Shown one piece after another: positions 40,491 to 49,396 of a stretch of DNA of 64,000 nucleotides; the stretch's first letter is position 1; each line of letters opens with the position of its first letter. This DNA comes from a virus, in the IMG/VR virus record IMGVR_UViG_3300030116_004255, positions 17,956 to 81,955 of that record. One strand, 5' to 3'. The translations under genes were made by a program, and so were the position numbers. A model generated the notes under the pieces. The model did not search any database. It saw only the letters and a program-made list of their open reading frames with translations, and was not told where the DNA came from.

Positions 40491-40673
40491 ATGATTAGAA
40501 AAAAGTGGTTATCTTTTGTTAGTCGTTTAAGTGATATTATTATCGCTTATCTACTTGAAAGAGAAATACCAATTTATTTTGACAGTTCTTTTATTTGCAC
40601 AGAGGAAATATTAGATAGCTGTTATGTTGAACAAAAACACGACTGCAAGTATTGGGGGTATGACAATGACTAA
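40491..40673 (+). CDS. Hypothetical (cassette 2)
   Basis: AGAAAGGTTAG RBS. Confidence 0.65.
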   Translation: MIRKKWLSFVSRLSDIIIAYLLEREIPIYFDSSFICTEEILDSCYVEQKHDCKYWGYDND

Positions 40674-41238
40674 AAGCAGAGGCGACAGAGTAGAAATCTG
40701 CAAGAAGTGTAGGTCTATCAGTTCTCTTTACAAAGGGTTCTGGTTAGGTCTTAACTTTGGAACTCCTGGCGGTCCAGTAGAGGAAGTTGACCTATATTGT
40801 TCGCAATGTAGTTCTTTAGAACCTGAAACAGTGGAAGTCTACGCAAGACAATGCACTTTTTGTTCTAAAGGTTTTAGTCAGGGTTATCTAAGTGGGGACG
40901 AATACTTTTGTAATCAAGAGTGTGAAGTCAACCAATGTATTAAAAGACAAAGTTGCAAGTGCTTTGAAGTTCTTGTAAAAGAAATTGATACAACTAAGTT
41001 AGCGACTTCTGATCCTCAATGGTTAAAAATGACTATTAAGGGTGCGTTAGCTAAAGACTTGGGACAGATTGAACTAACTTCTAAACAATGGTATGAATTT
41101 ATTGAAACAGAAATCGGTTCAGACTATTTTGAAAAGTTAGACAATGAGTGGTGGTATTGGTCAGAGTGGGACTTGTCAGATTGTATTGGCGATATGGTTT
41201 ATACAAGTAAAGGTAAGGAATACTTTTTAGAGGACTAA
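40666..41238 (+). CDS. Cys-rich zinc-finger protein (cassette 2)
   Basis: Several CxxC pairs. Confidence 0.7.
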   Translation: MTKSRGDRVEICKKCRSISSLYKGFWLGLNFGTPGGPVEEVDLYCSQCSSLEPETVEVYARQCTFCSKGFSQGYLSGDEYFCNQECEVNQCIKRQSCKCFEVLVKEIDTTKLATSDPQWLKMTIKGALAKDLGQIELTSKQWYEFIETEIGSDYFEKLDNEWWYWSEWDLSDCIGDMVYTSKGKEYFLED

Positions 41239-41255
41239 ACCAGCTTTAGCAGTAG

Positions 41256-41287
41256 AAAAAGAGGGACCTGGTGTCCCTCTTTTTTTT
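41256..41287 (+). terminator. Cassette 2 terminator
   Basis: AAAAAGAGGGAC/GTCCCTCTTTTT. Confidence 0.85.
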
Positions 41288-41582
41288 AGCGTAAGGAGAT
41301 CTCCTGGTCCTCTGATCAGAAATCGCTAGTTAGCGTTTTCCGGTCTTGGCTTTTATAGATCTACATAAGAGTTGGATATTCTCTTTCTTTTTTTTTTCTC
41401 ATTTCATTAATTCACATTTTCAATCTCGTTTTCTGTGGGGTTGGGTTAAGGTCTGATTTTTTTAAACGCTTAAATCGGTTTTAAATGGTCTGTTTATTTT
41501 AGAAAATCTTAATTTTTAGTGATTTTACGAAAAAACGAGTATATAATTGAATCTAGTATCGGTTAAAAAAAGGAAAACGATT

Positions 41583-41939
41583 ATGAGTAAAGAAATACAG
41601 GAATTGTTTGACGCTGACGACTTAGGACTAGACATAACTGGTTTTAAGTTTATGGGTAAAGTCCCAGTTGATAGCGGTTCTGTTTTAATTACTGACGGTT
41701 GTTATACAAAATATATTGAGAGTGAAAATGAAACTTTTGATAAATGGTATGACAAATATTGTAAGACATTAGACAACAACGGTGGTCGAGGTGGAAATAT
41801 GGACGACAAACTTATGTTTGCAAGTCCTACTTCTCACGGCGACGGACATTTTCCAGTTTATAGAGTTATGGACGAGGAAAATGGGTTTAGAGGTCTGTTC
41901 GTTGATTTCTGTGATTATGGGGACGCGTTCAATGTCTAA
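41583..41939 (+). CDS. DUF4241-like protein (cassette 3)
   Basis: VDSG..I.D.CY and T..GDG.FPVY motifs. Confidence 0.6.
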   Translation: MSKEIQELFDADDLGLDITGFKFMGKVPVDSGSVLITDGCYTKYIESENETFDKWYDKYCKTLDNNGGRGGNMDDKLMFASPTSHGDGHFPVYRVMDEENGFRGLFVDFCDYGDAFNV

Positions 41940-42162
41940 AAACGATTTAACCCCAGAACAAATTAAAAACATAAAGGAATTTGAGGCGAAAATTCCAGAC
42001 GAAATTAAGCGACTAACAGAAAAGGTTGGGGACTTAACAGAACTTATCAATGAGTTAAGGTGGGACAATTACAACCCAGAATACATTGAAAAAAAACAAC
42101 AAGAGAGATTCGAGTTAAACCAAGAAATTGAAAAACTAAAATCTCAATATAGGTCGTCTTAG
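41932..42162 (+). CDS. Coiled-coil protein (cassette 3)
   Basis: MSKNDLTPEQ..., overlaps upstream stop. Confidence 0.65.
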   Translation: MSKNDLTPEQIKNIKEFEAKIPDEIKRLTEKVGDLTELINELRWDNYNPEYIEKKQQERFELNQEIEKLKSQYRSS

Positions 42163-42190
42163 TTTCTAACCACTACTAAGACACTTACGG

Positions 42191-42224
42191 AAAAGGGACT
42201 GACGCCTCAGTCCCTTTTTCTTTT
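42191..42224 (+). terminator. Cassette 3 terminator
   Basis: AAAAGGGACTGA/TCAGTCCCTTTT. Confidence 0.85.
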
Positions 42225-42360
42225 GTCCAAAATTTAAAGCTGTTGATCAACTTTGAGAATTTATTATTGATTTTATTTTTATTACATTAATGCTCATTTT
42301 CAATCTCGTTTTAAGGGGATCAATTTCTTTTTTAATTCATTATTGGGCATTCTCAATCCC

Positions 42361-42398
42361 AAAAAAAAACAACCCCAGAATTTCTGGGGCTGTCTTTT
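42361..42398 (-). terminator. Cassette 4 terminator
   Basis: CCCCAGA/TCTGGGG stem, T-tract on minus strand. Confidence 0.8.
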
Positions 42399-42414
42399 GT
42401 TTATCGGTTATTGG

Positions 42415-43275
42415 TTAGGTTAAAGCGTCTATTATTTTATTAGCTGTATTGTAAATATTGCTTAATGAGTTCTTGAAGGTTTTTTTATCGTCCTCCTGCC
42501 AGCCTGCAATATATTTAAGGCTGTAATCGTCTGTTTTAAATCCAAAGTAATTTAAAACTATGTAAGCAACAGACTCAGCCTCCACTTCTGCAATTTCTCG
42601 GCATTCTAAATAATTAAGTTCTTTGTGCATCAACTTGTGGGCAACTTCGTGGGCTAGCGTCTTTGTTTTTTGTAATTGACTCATATCCTTTTGAATTTGA
42701 ATTAATTTCTGGGTAAAGTTTGTGAAGCCGTTGCTTGCGTCATAGTAATTGACTACACGAAGGTGCCACTGATCAGCCTCAATTAATTTCTCTTGTATAG
42801 CAGTGAATAATTCGGCACTGTCCTCCCCTTTTAACAGTTCTGGCATATAAGGGTTTACAATCTCTATGCCGTCATCGTTTAATGGTTCAGTATCTTTTAA
42901 ATCAAATACATAATAAGCCCTATAATAAATTCTTTTGTCCTCTTCCTTTTGATTCTTATCTTCGATTATTATCGGTCTAAATTGTGGAATCTTTAAAGGG
43001 GCTAGGCGTTCCTTACATTTACATTCTTTATTTTTAAAAGCTCTGCAAGTGATACAAGCAACAACGATTCTATTTTTTTCTATCCATTGTTTATAAGTTA
43101 AAACAAGCTGGGCTTCTTTGTTATAGATAAAAATTAAAAATGTATTGTTAAATGATCGGCGTCGGTCATTGGACTTTACAAAATTTAAATAATTTAAATA
43201 TTGCTGTTCGTCAATAACAATAGAATTTAATTTAGTTTCTAATTCGTCAGTAATTTTTTTAATAACTGGATTCAT
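42415..43275 (-). CDS. ArdC-like ssDNA-binding plus zincin metallopeptidase (anti-restriction type)
   Basis: SFNNTFLI..TYKQW..VFD..DT N-domain; TLAHEVAH, EVEAESVAY, YSLKYIAGW. Confidence 0.8.
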   Translation of the reverse strand: MNPVIKKITDELETKLNSIVIDEQQYLNYLNFVKSNDRRRSFNNTFLIFIYNKEAQLVLTYKQWIEKNRIVVACITCRAFKNKECKCKERLAPLKIPQFRPIIIEDKNQKEEDKRIYYRAYYVFDLKDTEPLNDDGIEIVNPYMPELLKGEDSAELFTAIQEKLIEADQWHLRVVNYYDASNGFTNFTQKLIQIQKDMSQLQKTKTLAHEVAHKLMHKELNYLECREIAEVEAESVAYIVLNYFGFKTDDYSLKYIAGWQEDDKKTFKNSLSNIYNTANKIIDALT

Positions 43276-43308
43276 TTTTTAACCTTCTTTTATTACGATA
43301 CTTATTTA

Positions 43309-43337
43309 ATTATATAAAGGTTTTTTAAATATATCTA
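43309..43337 (-). promoter_or_regulatory. Promoter, cassette 4
   Basis: TAGATA-N17-TATAAT. Confidence 0.6.
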
Positions 43338-43571
43338 ATAAAATAAAATTTTTTCTGTTCTCTGGATCTATTTCTGAATTAGATCTGTAAAAGGTAAAGC
43401 TGACCGTGAAATTTTACTTTGATTGTTGTGTTTCTTTTTTTTTCTCATTGCATTAGTTCAGATTCTCAATCTCGTTTTTAAAAGGTCTTAAAAATTAATT
43501 TGTTTTAATACTTGTATTATCTCTGAAGTTGATCAATAATTATATAAGTATCGTATAAATTAGGAGGACTT

Positions 43572-43907
43572 ATGAAGGCTTTTAGTTTAGAAAACTTAAA
43601 AGACTACATTGAGAATCACGAAAAAACTATGTCTAAAGATTATGACATAAGTGCTGACGACATTGATAGAGTTATGAAAAATAATGTTGAAATGGATGTC
43701 AGTTGGGAAGTTGGATTCTTAAAAGGAATGGAGCATATAGTCAAGACCTTTGACATAGAAAGTTATGAAAAAGGTAGAGAGGGCTTACAAGAGGCTTATT
43801 CTTTTGCGTTAGAGTTGTTAAGCGAAAGAGAGTTAGAGATACACAACAAATGGTCTGATGCTGATCCAGAAGAGAGAAAGCATATTGAAGACACTTGGGA
43901 AGTGTAA
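43572..43907 (+). CDS. Hypothetical (cassette 5)
   Basis: AGGAGG RBS. Confidence 0.75.
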   Translation: MKAFSLENLKDYIENHEKTMSKDYDISADDIDRVMKNNVEMDVSWEVGFLKGMEHIVKTFDIESYEKGREGLQEAYSFALELLSERELEIHNKWSDADPEERKHIEDTWEV

Positions 43908-43908
43908 G

Positions 43909-44229
43909 ATGCCTACATTCTATATAACTGAAACAGATAAAACCACTTACGAAATTGAAGCGTCCAGTGAAGAGGACGCTTTGAAAAAGTTTGAAGACAG
44001 TTATGATATGAAACCTAGCAACTTTGAGAGAATTGACTTTTCTATTAAGGAAGTTGGGGCTAAAGATAACTGGGTTTATGTTTGCACAGATTGTAAAGGG
44101 ACTGAAGTATATACAGATATATGGCAGAACATTAACGATGAATCAGAGTTAAGTGAGGGTGCAGGCGAAAGATATTGTCAAGATTGTGCGTCATCGTGCA
44201 AGACAGAATATATATTAGAGGAGGAATAG
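43909..44229 (+). CDS. Zinc-ribbon hypothetical (cassette 5)
   Basis: IEASSEEDA; CTDC..CQDC. Confidence 0.7.
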   Translation: MPTFYITETDKTTYEIEASSEEDALKKFEDSYDMKPSNFERIDFSIKEVGAKDNWVYVCTDCKGTEVYTDIWQNINDESELSEGAGERYCQDCASSCKTEYILEEE

Positions 44230-44774
44230 TGAGTAGAGAGAGAATTAGGTTAGAAATAGACCTAGATTTTAGTAGGTTATTCTCTGGTTCATTTCAGTCA
44301 GCATTTGACGAAGTGGACTTTGAAAATAGCAGTATAAAAGAAATTGGGGATTCTATATCTAGTGAAATAATATCAACAGTGCAGGACGGTCTTAAAGACT
44401 GCAATATAAAAGTTAGGTGGTTTGATACAGTATATTTTTGGAATGAGTTTAAAAATGAAGATCACTTGCAAGACTGCATTAAGGATATGCTGGAGGAATA
44501 CCTAGCAGAAGTTGGGTGTAAGGAATTAGACGAAAACGAAGTCGGTATGAACAGTCGCAGGTTTGATTTGTTTGCTGAGTCATTGGGCGTAGACTTTGAC
44601 AGAGATAACGCTTATGAACCGTCTAAGGATACGAGATTCATCGAAGGTCTAATGGCTTTGAATAAATCTTGTGAGTATCCAGTAATTAAAGATAAATTTA
44701 ATGAAATCTTTAAATATATGGAGTCAATGGGGTTTGATATATTTGACCAATACCAAGACTGGTTAAACGAATAA
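44229..44774 (+). CDS. Acidic hypothetical (cassette 5)
   Basis: GTG start with GAGGAGG RBS. Confidence 0.7.
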   Translation: MSRERIRLEIDLDFSRLFSGSFQSAFDEVDFENSSIKEIGDSISSEIISTVQDGLKDCNIKVRWFDTVYFWNEFKNEDHLQDCIKDMLEEYLAEVGCKELDENEVGMNSRRFDLFAESLGVDFDRDNAYEPSKDTRFIEGLMALNKSCEYPVIKDKFNEIFKYMESMGFDIFDQYQDWLNE

Positions 44775-44794
44775 CCAACACCACTTAATTAATT

Positions 44795-44828
44795 AAAGAC
44801 TGGGGATCACAATCCCCAGTTTTTTTTT
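44795..44828 (+). terminator. Cassette 5 terminator
   Basis: ACTGGGGAT/ATCCCCAGT plus T-tract. Confidence 0.85.
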
Positions 44829-45162
44829 GGATTGAAAACGAGTCATAATGGTTGGGATTGGGATTGTAAATCTAATATAATGGATATTTTTTATTTCATT
44901 AATGCAGATTCTCAATCTCGGTTTTGGATTGGATTAGGAATATAATGGTAATGGCGTAAGTTCTTTCTTTCTGTATTTCATTATTGCTGATTTTCAATCT
45001 CGTTTGATCAGTGCTACCGATCCAGCTACGCTACCAAAATAGATCTAAACAGCAAGACGATCAGTTCCCAGCTTTAAGACGATTTTTCCTTTCTACTGCT
45101 ATTTTTAATTTGTGTTGCATACCGATAATCTGCAACTATAATTAAATTTAGAAAGGTTAGAT

Positions 45163-45450
45163 ATGAACGATATTCAAAACAAAAACAAAGTTGAAGTCAT
45201 TAACCCTAGAACTAACGAAGTAATGATTCTAGAAAATGACTTGCTTGATTTGGTTGAGGGAATTAATTATATCTGTGATTTTTACAGAAATAAAAAAGGC
45301 TTTGACCAAAATAAAGTTCTGGATACTTTTATCAAAGTGAGAGAGATCGAGAGGCTAAGAGGCTTCAACACCTCTCAATCGTTTTCTATTGATAGTTTCA
45401 GTAGAGAACAAGTCTTTGAGTTAGTGACCAGAGAAATGGACAATGGGTAA
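45163..45450 (+). CDS. Hypothetical (cassette 6)
   Basis: TTGCAT-N16-TATAAT promoter; AGAAAGGTTAG RBS. Confidence 0.75.
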   Translation: MNDIQNKNKVEVINPRTNEVMILENDLLDLVEGINYICDFYRNKKGFDQNKVLDTFIKVREIERLRGFNTSQSFSIDSFSREQVFELVTREMDNG

Positions 45451-45453
45451 TGA

Positions 45454-45777
45454 GTGACCTTTACAGAACTTATACTGTTGAGAAAACTATTACCCAGACC
45501 TGTGAGATATGTTTATCCAGCGATTACGAAATGGCTTTGGACAAAACTGACACAGGTTTTAAACACGAGGAGTGTAATTATGGGGACGATTGAAGTAGAC
45601 ATAGAGGTCTATGATCAAATCAGTAAGGTTAGGGAATCAGGTGTCACTAATATGCTGGACAAGAAAAGAGTTAGCGAATTAGTAAATGATAGAACTAAAC
45701 AATGGATAACCGATAACCCTGAAATGTATTTATCAGGGATTATGTTAGGTTTCACTGTTATCACGGATACTACCTAA
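45454..45777 (+). CDS. DUF5049-like protein (start may be 45580)
   Basis: QISKVRESGVTNMLD motif. Confidence 0.6.
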   Translation: MTFTELILLRKLLPRPVRYVYPAITKWLWTKLTQVLNTRSVIMGTIEVDIEVYDQISKVRESGVTNMLDKKRVSELVNDRTKQWITDNPEMYLSGIMLGFTVITDTT

Positions 45778-45797
45778 CCTAGTATACGATACGAAAA

Positions 45798-45830
45798 GAA
45801 AACCCCAGACTTAAAAATCTGGGGTTTTTC
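45798..45830 (+). terminator. Cassette 6 terminator
   Basis: AAAACCCCAGA/TCTGGGGTTTT. Confidence 0.85.
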
Positions 45831-45999
45831 TTATTTACTGCTATCCGTTTGGGATAACCGTGTTGATTAGATCTATTTATCTTGACATTGCATAACCTCC
45901 AGTTTGTTTATTTTTTATTGCATTAATAGTGATTCTCAATCTCGTTTTGGATCTTGATCACTTACTACAAATAAGACTGTATGAGTTTTTTGATTTTCT

Positions 46000-46028
46000 T
46001 TGAATTAATTTTATTTTCTTTATATAAT
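46000..46028 (+). promoter_or_regulatory. Promoter, cassette 7
   Basis: TTGAAT-N17-TATAAT. Confidence 0.7.
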
Positions 46029-46062
46029 GGGTTTTAGTATTGGACAATTAAAGGAGTTAAAA

Positions 46063-46704
46063 ATGCCTACTTGGTGTGAAAACGATATAACTATCGTTGG
46101 GACTAAAACAAACCTTACAAAGTTGATCAAAGACGCAAAGCAAACTACTGAAAGTAGTGACAGCGAACTCAACTTGAATCGTTTGTATCCAGTTCCAAAC
46201 TTTTTAGAAAAGATACACTCTGGTGCGAACAATATAAATGGTCAGCGATATGACTACTGGTTAGAGGTAGAAAATGAAACTGGCGACATTATTGGAGTTG
46301 ATAAGCATTTAGAAAAATCAAAGCGTATTGATATTGGTATCAGCGAGGACACAGCAGTGTGGATAAAAAAAATGTTCGGTGGTAAGAACTGGTATGACTG
46401 GCAGACTACAAACTGGGGCGTGAAGTGGGGTGCTTATGAAGTCTATTCCTCTCTTAATATTGAAAAGATTGAGGGTAATAGTAAATATAAGTTAGACGCT
46501 TTTACGCAATGTGCTTGGGGTATTCCAGACGGACTATTCCAAAAAATATGCAACGATTACAACTTGATAATGATAATTCAATATCAGTATGAGGGTGGTA
46601 TGGAAGGGGGTTGGTTTCGTATCGTAGACGAAAAGATTGAAGCAAAGAACCCTAACATTAAAACTGGCGATATTGAGGTGTTTGATCTTGCTGAATATGT
46701 ATAA
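46063..46704 (+). CDS. DUF1281/YubB-like ferredoxin-fold protein
   Basis: MPTWCEN, WYDW..NWGVKW, AW..P. Confidence 0.75.
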   Translation: MPTWCENDITIVGTKTNLTKLIKDAKQTTESSDSELNLNRLYPVPNFLEKIHSGANNINGQRYDYWLEVENETGDIIGVDKHLEKSKRIDIGISEDTAVWIKKMFGGKNWYDWQTTNWGVKWGAYEVYSSLNIEKIEGNSKYKLDAFTQCAWGIPDGLFQKICNDYNLIMIIQYQYEGGMEGGWFRIVDEKIEAKNPNIKTGDIEVFDLAEYV

Positions 46705-46754
46705 AAGTTATGGGACTGGCTACGGTCAGTCCCATAGATCACGAAAGGGCTTAA

Positions 46755-47141
46755 ATGGTATATGGATTGTGGGACTTTATGTCTAAAGCAATAATCATAA
46801 GTGAGGAATCAATGATAAACGCAAATACAAAAAAGAGGATCACTGAAACAAAAGTAAACCAGATCAGTGCCTCTATGACCTGTCCTCATGGTAAGCGTGC
46901 TTATTGGTGGGAAGTCTTGGACTCCTCTGGTGGCACAGCTTTACAAAGGTATAAATCTGGATCAACTGGCGAAAGGATCTTTAATTACTGTGATCACTGT
47001 TTACACTGTGACTCTTGTAAGTTATGGATCACTAGCGATGTTCACACACCTAGCAAAAATGGTAGGTATTTGGACGAGAGTTATTGTAGAAAGTGTTTTG
47101 ATCGTATTGGCATGAGTCCAACTAACGATTGGGACAATTAG
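46755..47141 (+). CDS. Cys/His-rich hypothetical
   Basis: CPHG, CDHC, CDSC, CRKC. Confidence 0.65.
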   Translation: MVYGLWDFMSKAIIISEESMINANTKKRITETKVNQISASMTCPHGKRAYWWEVLDSSGGTALQRYKSGSTGERIFNYCDHCLHCDSCKLWITSDVHTPSKNGRYLDESYCRKCFDRIGMSPTNDWDN

Positions 47142-47155
47142 TAGAAAGGTAAATT

Positions 47156-47626
47156 ATGGGCGATAGAGTTAATGTAATCATACATAACAAACAAAAGACA
47201 GAGTTTTCCCCTGTGATCTATTCACATTGGGGTGGGGACTCGGTTGCATGGTTATTAGAAACAATGCGAGAGGAATACTCAATGAAACACAAAACAGAGG
47301 ATCTAAATTGGTCTGTTGGATACAGACTGGAGATCCCTAGAGTGTTTACAAAGTTAGTAAGCGAGATGGTTAAGAAAGAATTAGAACCACAAGTTTACAA
47401 CTGGAATAGCAGTAAATATGCGAAGAAAAAGGAATTACCATTACCTAACGATCTTCCAATAGTTGCTGACGATAGAGGTTGCTACTTTTTAGAAGTTGAA
47501 TCGTTGCAATTCAAAAATGTTCCTTACGATTGGGACTTAGACGAGTGGCGTTGGTCAACACAACAAAAAATGAAACCACTTAAAAAGTTTCTTTATAAGA
47601 TCAAAACCCTGTTGAAACGATCTTAG
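47156..47626 (+). CDS. Hypothetical, MGDR..IYSHWGG family
   Basis: GAAAGG RBS; recurrent phage/plasmid early-gene motif. Confidence 0.7.
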   Translation: MGDRVNVIIHNKQKTEFSPVIYSHWGGDSVAWLLETMREEYSMKHKTEDLNWSVGYRLEIPRVFTKLVSEMVKKELEPQVYNWNSSKYAKKKELPLPNDLPIVADDRGCYFLEVESLQFKNVPYDWDLDEWRWSTQQKMKPLKKFLYKIKTLLKRS

Positions 47627-47632
47627 AAAGAT

Positions 47633-47666
47633 AAAGAGAGGGGGGCGAAAGCCCCTCTTTTTTTTT
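47633..47666 (+). terminator. Cassette 7 terminator
   Basis: GGGGC-GAAA-GCCCC plus T-tract. Confidence 0.85.
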
Positions 47667-47879
47667 GTCCTTTGATCCTTTAAATCTTTCTTTATCTTTT
47701 GTTGCATTAATGCACACTTTCAATCCAGTTTCTTTTTTATTCCATTGATTGACACTTTCAATCCGAAATTAAGGATCATTACTCGCTAAACGGATCTACT
47801 GATCAAGAAAATTAGAAAAAGTGGTTATTTAATTGCGTATCTGTGATATGCTTAGAGGGTATTGGACGAAAGGATAATT

Positions 47880-48242
47880 ATGAACGAAAACTATGGTGTT
47901 AAAAACCCTGACTGGTTGGACGACACTTTAGCTAGGGATTTTGGAACACAAATTCCTGATACCGTTGTAGTGACCACTAAGAACGAAATACCTGATATGG
48001 TAGAGTTCCAAACTGGGAACATTAACGGTAAAGATACCTTAGACAAGTTAATGAAAAAAGTTATCGTTGACTGGAACTATGAGTATCTAATTTATGACGG
48101 TAAGGTCACTGACGCTTATGTTGTTCTTACTTTGGTAGACGCTAAAGGGAATAGACTTAATGTGACAGTGCAAGCTGATCCAGAGGCTAACGCTGGTGGT
48201 TTCTTGGACGCTAGAGAGTGGAAAGTTGGTAATAATGAGTGA
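47880..48242 (+). CDS. Hypothetical (cassette 8)
   Basis: GAAAGGA RBS; DPEANAGGFL motif. Confidence 0.7.
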   Translation: MNENYGVKNPDWLDDTLARDFGTQIPDTVVVTTKNEIPDMVEFQTGNINGKDTLDKLMKKVIVDWNYEYLIYDGKVTDAYVVLTLVDAKGNRLNVTVQADPEANAGGFLDAREWKVGNNE

Positions 48243-48480
48243 AAAATACGAGATAAAAGAAAATCGTTCTGTAATCGTAGAAAAGACACTTACTATTACA
48301 GCAGAGTGGTCTTGTAGCTGGTGTTCTGAATATGGGGAATACACTTGGTCTGTTCCCTTTGACTTGCACACAGCTTTAGAGTGTCCAAAGTGCAATCAGG
48401 ATAACTTGATCATAGACGAGGAATTTATGAACACTGCTTATCCTGATTTATTAAAGAAAGCAGGTATCAGTTATGAGTAA
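48235..48480 (+). CDS. Zinc-ribbon protein
   Basis: CSWC..CPKC. Confidence 0.65.
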   Translation: MSEKYEIKENRSVIVEKTLTITAEWSCSWCSEYGEYTWSVPFDLHTALECPKCNQDNLIIDEEFMNTAYPDLLKKAGISYE

Positions 48481-48805
48481 GGTAGCAGTTGATAACGAGT
48501 GGACTTGTGTAGGTTGTGAGAAAACCTTTATTCCTAGAGAGGACAAAGGTATCTTGGAACACTTTTTATACTCTTGTTTGGCTTGTGTCCAACTGGATAA
48601 AAGAAACCAAGCACTTGATCTTTTAGAGAGGACAAGTGCTGAGGTAAGTAAGTTGGCTACTAAGTTAGCGAAACTCAGGTTAGAAAGTATTGACGATTAC
48701 ACTGAGGGTTGCACACCGAAAAATGTGTGGCTTGAAATGAATACAATGACAAATCGGTTATTAACCATATCAAAAAGGTTAAAAAGGATTGGTAAAAAGG
48801 TGTAG
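48473..48805 (+). CDS. Zinc-ribbon plus coiled-coil protein
   Basis: CVGC..CLAC. Confidence 0.65.
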   Translation: MSKVAVDNEWTCVGCEKTFIPREDKGILEHFLYSCLACVQLDKRNQALDLLERTSAEVSKLATKLAKLRLESIDDYTEGCTPKNVWLEMNTMTNRLLTISKRLKRIGKKV

Positions 48806-48826
48806 TCCAATACCTAACTACTAAAG

Positions 48827-48853
48827 AAAGAGGGGCTTGTCCCCTCTTTTTTT
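48827..48853 (+). terminator. Cassette 8 terminator
   Basis: AAAGAGGGG/CCCCTCTTT. Confidence 0.8.
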
Positions 48854-48863
48854 GTGCTATCAA

Positions 48864-49300
48864 GATCTATAAAGGTTTGATCAATGGATCTACGCTTACT
48901 TTTTTGTGCATTATCGCACATTTTCAATCCCATTTAGACTCAAATTCAATCCCAGATCCAGATCGGACTCTGATCCTGATCATGATCCTGATCTTTGATC
49001 CAGTTTCGCAGATCGTTGATCCAGTTTTGCTAGATCTATGGAGCATTAGCACTGATTTACAATCCCATTTAGGATCATTCTCAATCCCAGATCTAGATCC
49101 AGATCACGATCCTGATCAGATCTAGATCCTGATCCTGATCGCTTGACAGATCATTGAAATTCGTTATATTGTGTGTTTTTTGGAACATTATTGCTGATTC
49201 TCAATCCCAAATTAGATCTAAACTGGTTGATCCAGCATTGCGTAAAGCTGATCCATGACTGCGAAATTTATTTAGATCTATTTACGATTAAAAGAAGATC
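48864..49300. repeat. GATC array
   Basis: About 29 GATC in about 440 bp, with 6-bp periodic runs such as CAGATCTAGATCCAGATCACGATCCTGATC. Confidence 0.92.
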
Positions 49301-49309
49301 ATGTATAAT
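49281..49309 (+). promoter_or_regulatory. Promoter with no downstream ORF
   Basis: TTTACG-N17-TATAAT. Confidence 0.6.
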
Positions 49310-49314
49310 CTTTG

Positions 49315-49396
49315 TAGCAATTTCTTTCTCTCTCAAAAAGGTAATTTGCTAATCCAATAGAAAGATCCCACTGCTAAGGTGGGATCTATCTTTTTT
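49315..49396 (+). ncRNA. Candidate CU-rich small RNA (about 80 nt)
   Basis: Promoter, hairpin carrying UUUCUUUCUCUCUC, terminator with T6. Confidence 0.55.

Larger units (their letters stand above)
40358..49208. repeat. Dispersed bipartite motif CATTA-N6-ATTYTCAATCYC (about 17 copies)
   Basis: Starts at 40358, 41405, 42285, 42338, 43451, 44897, 44979, 45921, 47705, 47743, 48909, 48931, 49044, 49066, 49186; inverted at 44850 and 44882. Confidence 0.9.

Noticed and set aside
48877-49125. 82-aa Asp-Pro ORF
   Set aside because: Translation of the GATC repeat array; no RBS.
40358-49208. CRISPR or TIGR array interpretation of the dispersed motif
   Set aside because: Spacing is irregular (22 bp to about 1.8 kb), repeats are degenerate and no cas or Nop-domain gene is seen.
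40358-49208. Integron attC sites or antisense sigma70 promoters
   Set aside because: No RYYYAAC/GTTRRRY boxes or long palindromes; reverse-strand TTGAAA to TAAT spacing is only 8 nt.
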